Part shown: in pieces, positions 60,102 through 64,000 of the stretch
Numbering within the stretch: the stretch's first letter is position 1
Layout of the letters: each line of letters begins with the position of its first letter
Virus record (IMG/VR): IMGVR_UViG_3300013947_000022
Coordinates: 128,001-192,000 of that record
Source of the DNA: a virus
Taxonomy: Duplodnaviria > Caudoviricetes
Length of the DNA: 64,000 nt
Strand: one strand, 5' to 3'
The notes under the pieces: model-generated
Seen by the model: the letters and a program-made list of their open reading frames with translations, nothing else
Told to the model about the DNA's origin: nothing
Database searches by the model: none
Made by a program: the position numbers and the translations under genes

Positions 60102-60527
60102 ATGATTAAAATTTCCCGTTCCCAGCGTGACGCACTTGAAGGTGTAGGTCTCTTGAAGTACCGTCGTAGAGGTTTTAACCCTCAAGACCAGAATTTCTCA
60201 GTTGTAAACAAAGAGCACGTTTCTCGTGACAAGACATATTATGTTGTTGAAGAGCCAGAGATTATGTTGTTCCTTGGTTTCTATGAGAATCAGAACTTAC
60301 AGATTATTAGTAAGCGTCAGTATGACCAAGGTATCACAAGCAAGCTATTTACTGAATCGCAGGTACAGAAATGGGGAGAGTATAATCCCAATGCTGTTGT
60401 GTTTGTTGATTATGCTGGTCGCTATCGTGTGAAGCGCATTGCTAAGATTATGATTGGTTTGGGAATTTGGAAGCCAAACAATGCTCGTAAGAGTAATGTT
60501 GTAGAGACTGTTGAAGCTCAGAGTTGA
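60102..60527 (+). CDS. hypothetical protein
   Basis: AAGGA SD. Confidence 0.7.
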   Translation: MIKISRSQRDALEGVGLLKYRRRGFNPQDQNFSVVNKEHVSRDKTYYVVEEPEIMLFLGFYENQNLQIISKRQYDQGITSKLFTESQVQKWGEYNPNAVVFVDYAGRYRVKRIAKIMIGLGIWKPNNARKSNVVETVEAQS

Positions 60528-60608
60528 GTAGAGACAAAGATAAAAAATAAAAGGTAAATTATTAAATATTTAAAAATTTTTAAAGGATTAAAAGGAGTTA
60601 TAAAAATT

Positions 60609-60893
60609 ATGATTAAGAAGAATGATATGCTTACTGCTATTGCTACCAAGTGTGAAGAGGCTGGCTTGAAGATTACCAAGAAGGACCTTGACACTGTTCT
60701 TAAGGCTCAGAGTGATTTCCTGCTTGAGACTATTGCTGCCAACGAGGAAGTTAAGATTGGCGATGTTGTTAAGATTGGTGGAAAGCATCGTGATGCTCGT
60801 AAGGGACGTAATCCTGCGACAAATACCGAGATTACAATCCCTGCTCGTGAGGGAGTTCCTTACGCCAAGTTTACCAAGGTTGCAAAAGAGTAA
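60609..60893 (+). CDS. hup: HU-family DNA-binding protein
   Basis: ARKGRNPAT..I.IPA..P.F arm motif. Confidence 0.85.
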   Translation: MIKKNDMLTAIATKCEEAGLKITKKDLDTVLKAQSDFLLETIAANEEVKIGDVVKIGGKHRDARKGRNPATNTEITIPAREGVPYAKFTKVAKE

Positions 60894-61177
60894 AATACAA
60901 AGTAACTATTAATAAGACATTAATAGCTGTATAAAGATACTTAAGGCGTAACGCCGTTTGCCCCCAAAGTATTGTCTTAAACGATGATACTTTGGGGTAT
61001 CATTATAAACTGTATAAAACATATGTAAATATACATTACACACAAATAAAATGTATATTTTATAGAGTTTATAATATTCATAATGAATATTATTTAGGTC
61101 GGCAAGACCGCCCAAGGTTTACTTGGAGAAAGGGTTGAATAAACCCTTATTTTAATATAAAGGAATGATGAAAGGAT

Positions 61178-62215
61178 ATGCAAAAGCCAAGAAAAAGTCT
61201 TTGGAAAATGGATATCATAACCCGTAATGACTTTATAAAAATGGTTATGCGTAATGCGGATAGTACCGACAAAAAAGAGGCTGAAAAATATGTTGAGGCT
61301 TTTGAAGACGCTGTTCTTGAAGTTATTGCTCGTGAACAAGTCATAAAATTGTCTTTCGGTACAATATATGGCATCTTTAAAGCCCCTTGGAGAATTACGG
61401 GAAAATTTAAGGCTGAACACAATAGCAAAGCTCGTAGAGGTTGGAGTGATGCAAAACACGGACAACCTAATATTATTTGGTCCATATTGGCTAAGGATAG
61501 TGATACTGTAGACCCAGAAGAATATTTTTCATGGTCTGAAAACAGATATACGAAATTGGCTTATCAGTATAGAAAAGACATGGATTTGCCCGAAATACCT
61601 GAGTTTGAGGGATTAACGGAAGAAGAAATCCTTAATCAATGTGCCGAGTTTGAAAAATCTCAACTTGGTAGAAAGGCTCGTGCTAATTATGACCTTTATG
61701 AATGTTACAAAACGAGAAAAAATCATGATAGGTCTGTTCAGACTCAAGAATACTGGATTGAAAAACAAAGGAAGAAAGGTATTCCCGAAGACCAAATTCA
61801 GCGTCTCACTTATGAAGAGATTCTTGAAATTCAAGATAAAAGGAGACGTGATTATATTGATAAGCAAACGGATGCAAAAATTCGTAAAAAGGTTGAACAG
61901 TCTCGCAAAAACGAGCAAAAACGACGCGATTATTATGGTTTTCCTCCGTTACCAGATGATATGCCAACATCTTACGAGGTTGCCGCGAAACAATATCTGA
62001 TTGATGTTCGTGGAACTTATGAGTCATTATTTGGTGAGGGAGAAGGAAAAATTCCCGATAGAAAGGCAGATAATAATCTTCAAGAATTATTTGCTGAAAG
62101 ACGAGAAAAGAATCGCTTGAGAAAGATGATTGAAAATGGAGATTTGGTTTCTGAGGAAGAAATTGATGAGTATGTTAGACGGAACCCATATCTCGCAGAC
62201 AAGCCGTTAGATTAA
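61178..62215 (+). CDS. protein with N-terminal HU/IHF-like domain and charged extension
   Basis: ITRNDFIK..KKEAEKYVEAF..V..VI..IKLSFGT. Confidence 0.6.
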   Translation: MQKPRKSLWKMDIITRNDFIKMVMRNADSTDKKEAEKYVEAFEDAVLEVIAREQVIKLSFGTIYGIFKAPWRITGKFKAEHNSKARRGWSDAKHGQPNIIWSILAKDSDTVDPEEYFSWSENRYTKLAYQYRKDMDLPEIPEFEGLTEEEILNQCAEFEKSQLGRKARANYDLYECYKTRKNHDRSVQTQEYWIEKQRKKGIPEDQIQRLTYEEILEIQDKRRRDYIDKQTDAKIRKKVEQSRKNEQKRRDYYGFPPLPDDMPTSYEVAAKQYLIDVRGTYESLFGEGEGKIPDRKADNNLQELFAERREKNRLRKMIENGDLVSEEEIDEYVRRNPYLADKPLD

Positions 62216-62236
62216 TTGAAAGGATGGTGTTGCTTG

Positions 62237-63088
62237 ATGGCAATGACCGTAAAGGAAAAACAGTTGAGACAATTGGTCGTCGATACTGCTGAAGCATGGG
62301 TTGGAACCAAACAAGGCGACGCCAACCATAAAAAAATAATTGAGACTTATAATAGTATCGAACCATTACCTGAAGGCACAAAAATGCTTTTGTCATGGGC
62401 ATGGTGTGCGGCTACGATTTCAGCGTGGTCACAGATGGTGGGGTTGATAAATTATATTTTACCAGAGTGTTCCTGTAATCGTATGATTAAACTTTACAAA
62501 GCTAAAAAGGAATGGGTCGAAGATGATGATTATGTCCCAGAGATGGGAGATATTCTTTTTTATGCTTGGAAAGATAACGGAGTTGGAGATTGCGAACTCG
62601 AAGCAGACCATGTGGGTATCGTAAAAGAAGTTAAAAATAATATTATTTATGTTATTGAGGGAAATTATTCCAAGCAGGTAAAAGTGCGTCAAATTAAGGT
62701 TAATGGTAAATATATTAGAGGCTTTGCTACACCTGATTATAAGACAGCAAGTAAGATTTATGATTTTAAGAAAAAGGTTTCTGTTAAGCCTGTTATTTCA
62801 AATACAACTGCTACAAAAACTAATACCACAGTATTACCTTCTGTAAAAACTATTGCGTCTGTTGTCCCTTATCTTAAGAAGGGGGATAAAAACGATGCTG
62901 TTAAGGTTATGCAAACAGTTTTGATTTATCTTGGTTTCGATTGTGGTAAAAGTGGAGTTGACGGCAGTTTTGGCAACGATACTGTTAAAGCCGTAAAATC
63001 TTATCAAAAGGCAGTCGGAATTACACAAGATGGTATTTGCGGAAAAGATTGCTGGAAGAATATGTTATTAGGGAAGAAAACTAAATAA
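62237..63088 (+). CDS. endolysin: CHAP amidase plus peptidoglycan-binding domain
   Basis: AWCA, GDI, HVGIV, IEGN; DGSFG.DT..AVK.YQ..DGICG. Confidence 0.85.
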   Translation: MAMTVKEKQLRQLVVDTAEAWVGTKQGDANHKKIIETYNSIEPLPEGTKMLLSWAWCAATISAWSQMVGLINYILPECSCNRMIKLYKAKKEWVEDDDYVPEMGDILFYAWKDNGVGDCELEADHVGIVKEVKNNIIYVIEGNYSKQVKVRQIKVNGKYIRGFATPDYKTASKIYDFKKKVSVKPVISNTTATKTNTTVLPSVKTIASVVPYLKKGDKNDAVKVMQTVLIYLGFDCGKSGVDGSFGNDTVKAVKSYQKAVGITQDGICGKDCWKNMLLGKKTK

Positions 63089-63164
63089 TTAAATAATAAA
63101 GCAATAAAATAAGAGGGTTTCAATTAACCCTCTTTTCATATATAGGCGAAGGAGGTTAGAAGAT

Positions 63165-63461
63165 ATGGCAAGAATTTATGATGCGACTACAGGAAAGATT
63201 ATTGATAAGGAAACTGGCGAAGAAGTTACCATGCCTTCGTCTTCTATTGAAATTGGAGAATTAAAAGTTGGGCCTGCGTATGATTTTCGTACCACGGGCA
63301 ATACTAATTTTGATAATACTAAAACTCAATTTGACCAAAGTTATGCTGACACTAATCAACAAATTACAGAAGTATACGAAGATATGGTTGATGTTGTTAT
63401 TAGTACCGAACAGCCTAAACATCAAAAGGTTGGCGATTTGTGGTATAAGGTTATTGAGTAA
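63165..63461 (+). CDS. hypothetical protein
   Basis: AAGGAGG SD; C-terminal S..QP..GDLW motif. Confidence 0.65.
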   Translation: MARIYDATTGKIIDKETGEEVTMPSSSIEIGELKVGPAYDFRTTGNTNFDNTKTQFDQSYADTNQQITEVYEDMVDVVISTEQPKHQKVGDLWYKVIE

Positions 63462-63509
63462 AATATAAATAGAATTCAAATGTTTAAAAGGTTTAAAAGG
63501 TGGTGACTT

Positions 63510-64000
63510 ATGGCTAAATTAGGTCAAGCTGCCAGAGTTAGAGAATAGCAAAAGGCTGAAAAAGAAATTAACGCTATTCAAAAGAAAATGGAACTTCAAA
63601 ATAAGAAGTCTTTATTCGGAGAGGGCTGGAAAAAGGCTTTGGGTACGGAAAGACAAAAAGCGTTGCTTGACATTATTGGTAATGAAGGTGCGCCAAAGCT
63701 TGAAGATTCTATTGATATAAATGCTTTTTTAGAGCCGATTGAGTTTTTTAGAGATAAAGAAACTGGGGAAATTAATAAGATTGATTTTCAAACTTATCTT
63801 GATGCTGAAAAAGCTTTCCAAGGTGGCATTGATGAACAAGATGCAATTATTGCTGATGAAGATGATGTTACCCCTGATATAATGGATAAAATAAACTCTG
63901 GCAAAAAGAGTAAAAAAGAAAAGAAAAAAGAAAGTGGAATTAATGTTCCTGAATATTTACAGAAATATTATACAATGTGGATGAAATATTTTGGAAGATA
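63510..64000 (+). CDS. hypothetical protein (3' truncated), TAG=Gln at 63546
   Basis: AAGGTGG SD; frame open to window end except one TAG. Confidence 0.6.

Noticed and set aside
1-64000. Suppressor tRNA-CUA, other tRNAs or rRNA
   Set aside because: No cloverleaf with a T-loop GTTCGA pattern recognised by eye; a suppressor may lie outside the window (tRNAscan-SE would decide).

Overview
This is a 64 kb AT-rich segment of a large Firmicutes-type phage genome (SPbeta/C-st-like gene content, sigma-A TTGACA-17-TATAAT promoters, GGAGG SD sites). It has a + strand block of small accessory genes (1-27.7 kb), a - strand block (28.3-54.1 kb) and a + strand block (54.7-64 kb) with a nucleotidase, a YonO-like single-subunit RNA polymerase, two HU-like proteins and a CHAP endolysin. 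Several genes carry in-frame TAG codons where Gln fits, so TAG is probably recoded to Gln (code 15); the supplied ORF track truncates or misses these genes. Selfish elements are one LAGLIDADG intein, four free-standing homing endonucleases and two ORF-less group I introns in the RNA polymerase gene, one splitting the catalytic DxDxD motif. The main discovery is a family of ten intergenic cassettes at 31.8-47.5 kb. Each holds a - strand 23-27 aa micro-ORF with a strong SD and exactly one in-frame amber codon. In seven of them the ORF is bracketed by two hairpins with complementary, covarying loops (kissing loops). All ten lie downstream of a + strand sigma-A promoter (nine promoters, one serving a tandem pair) that would make an antisense RNA. 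This looks like an undescribed amber-gated micro-peptide/antisense RNA system. All calls are by eye, with no database searches or folding computations.
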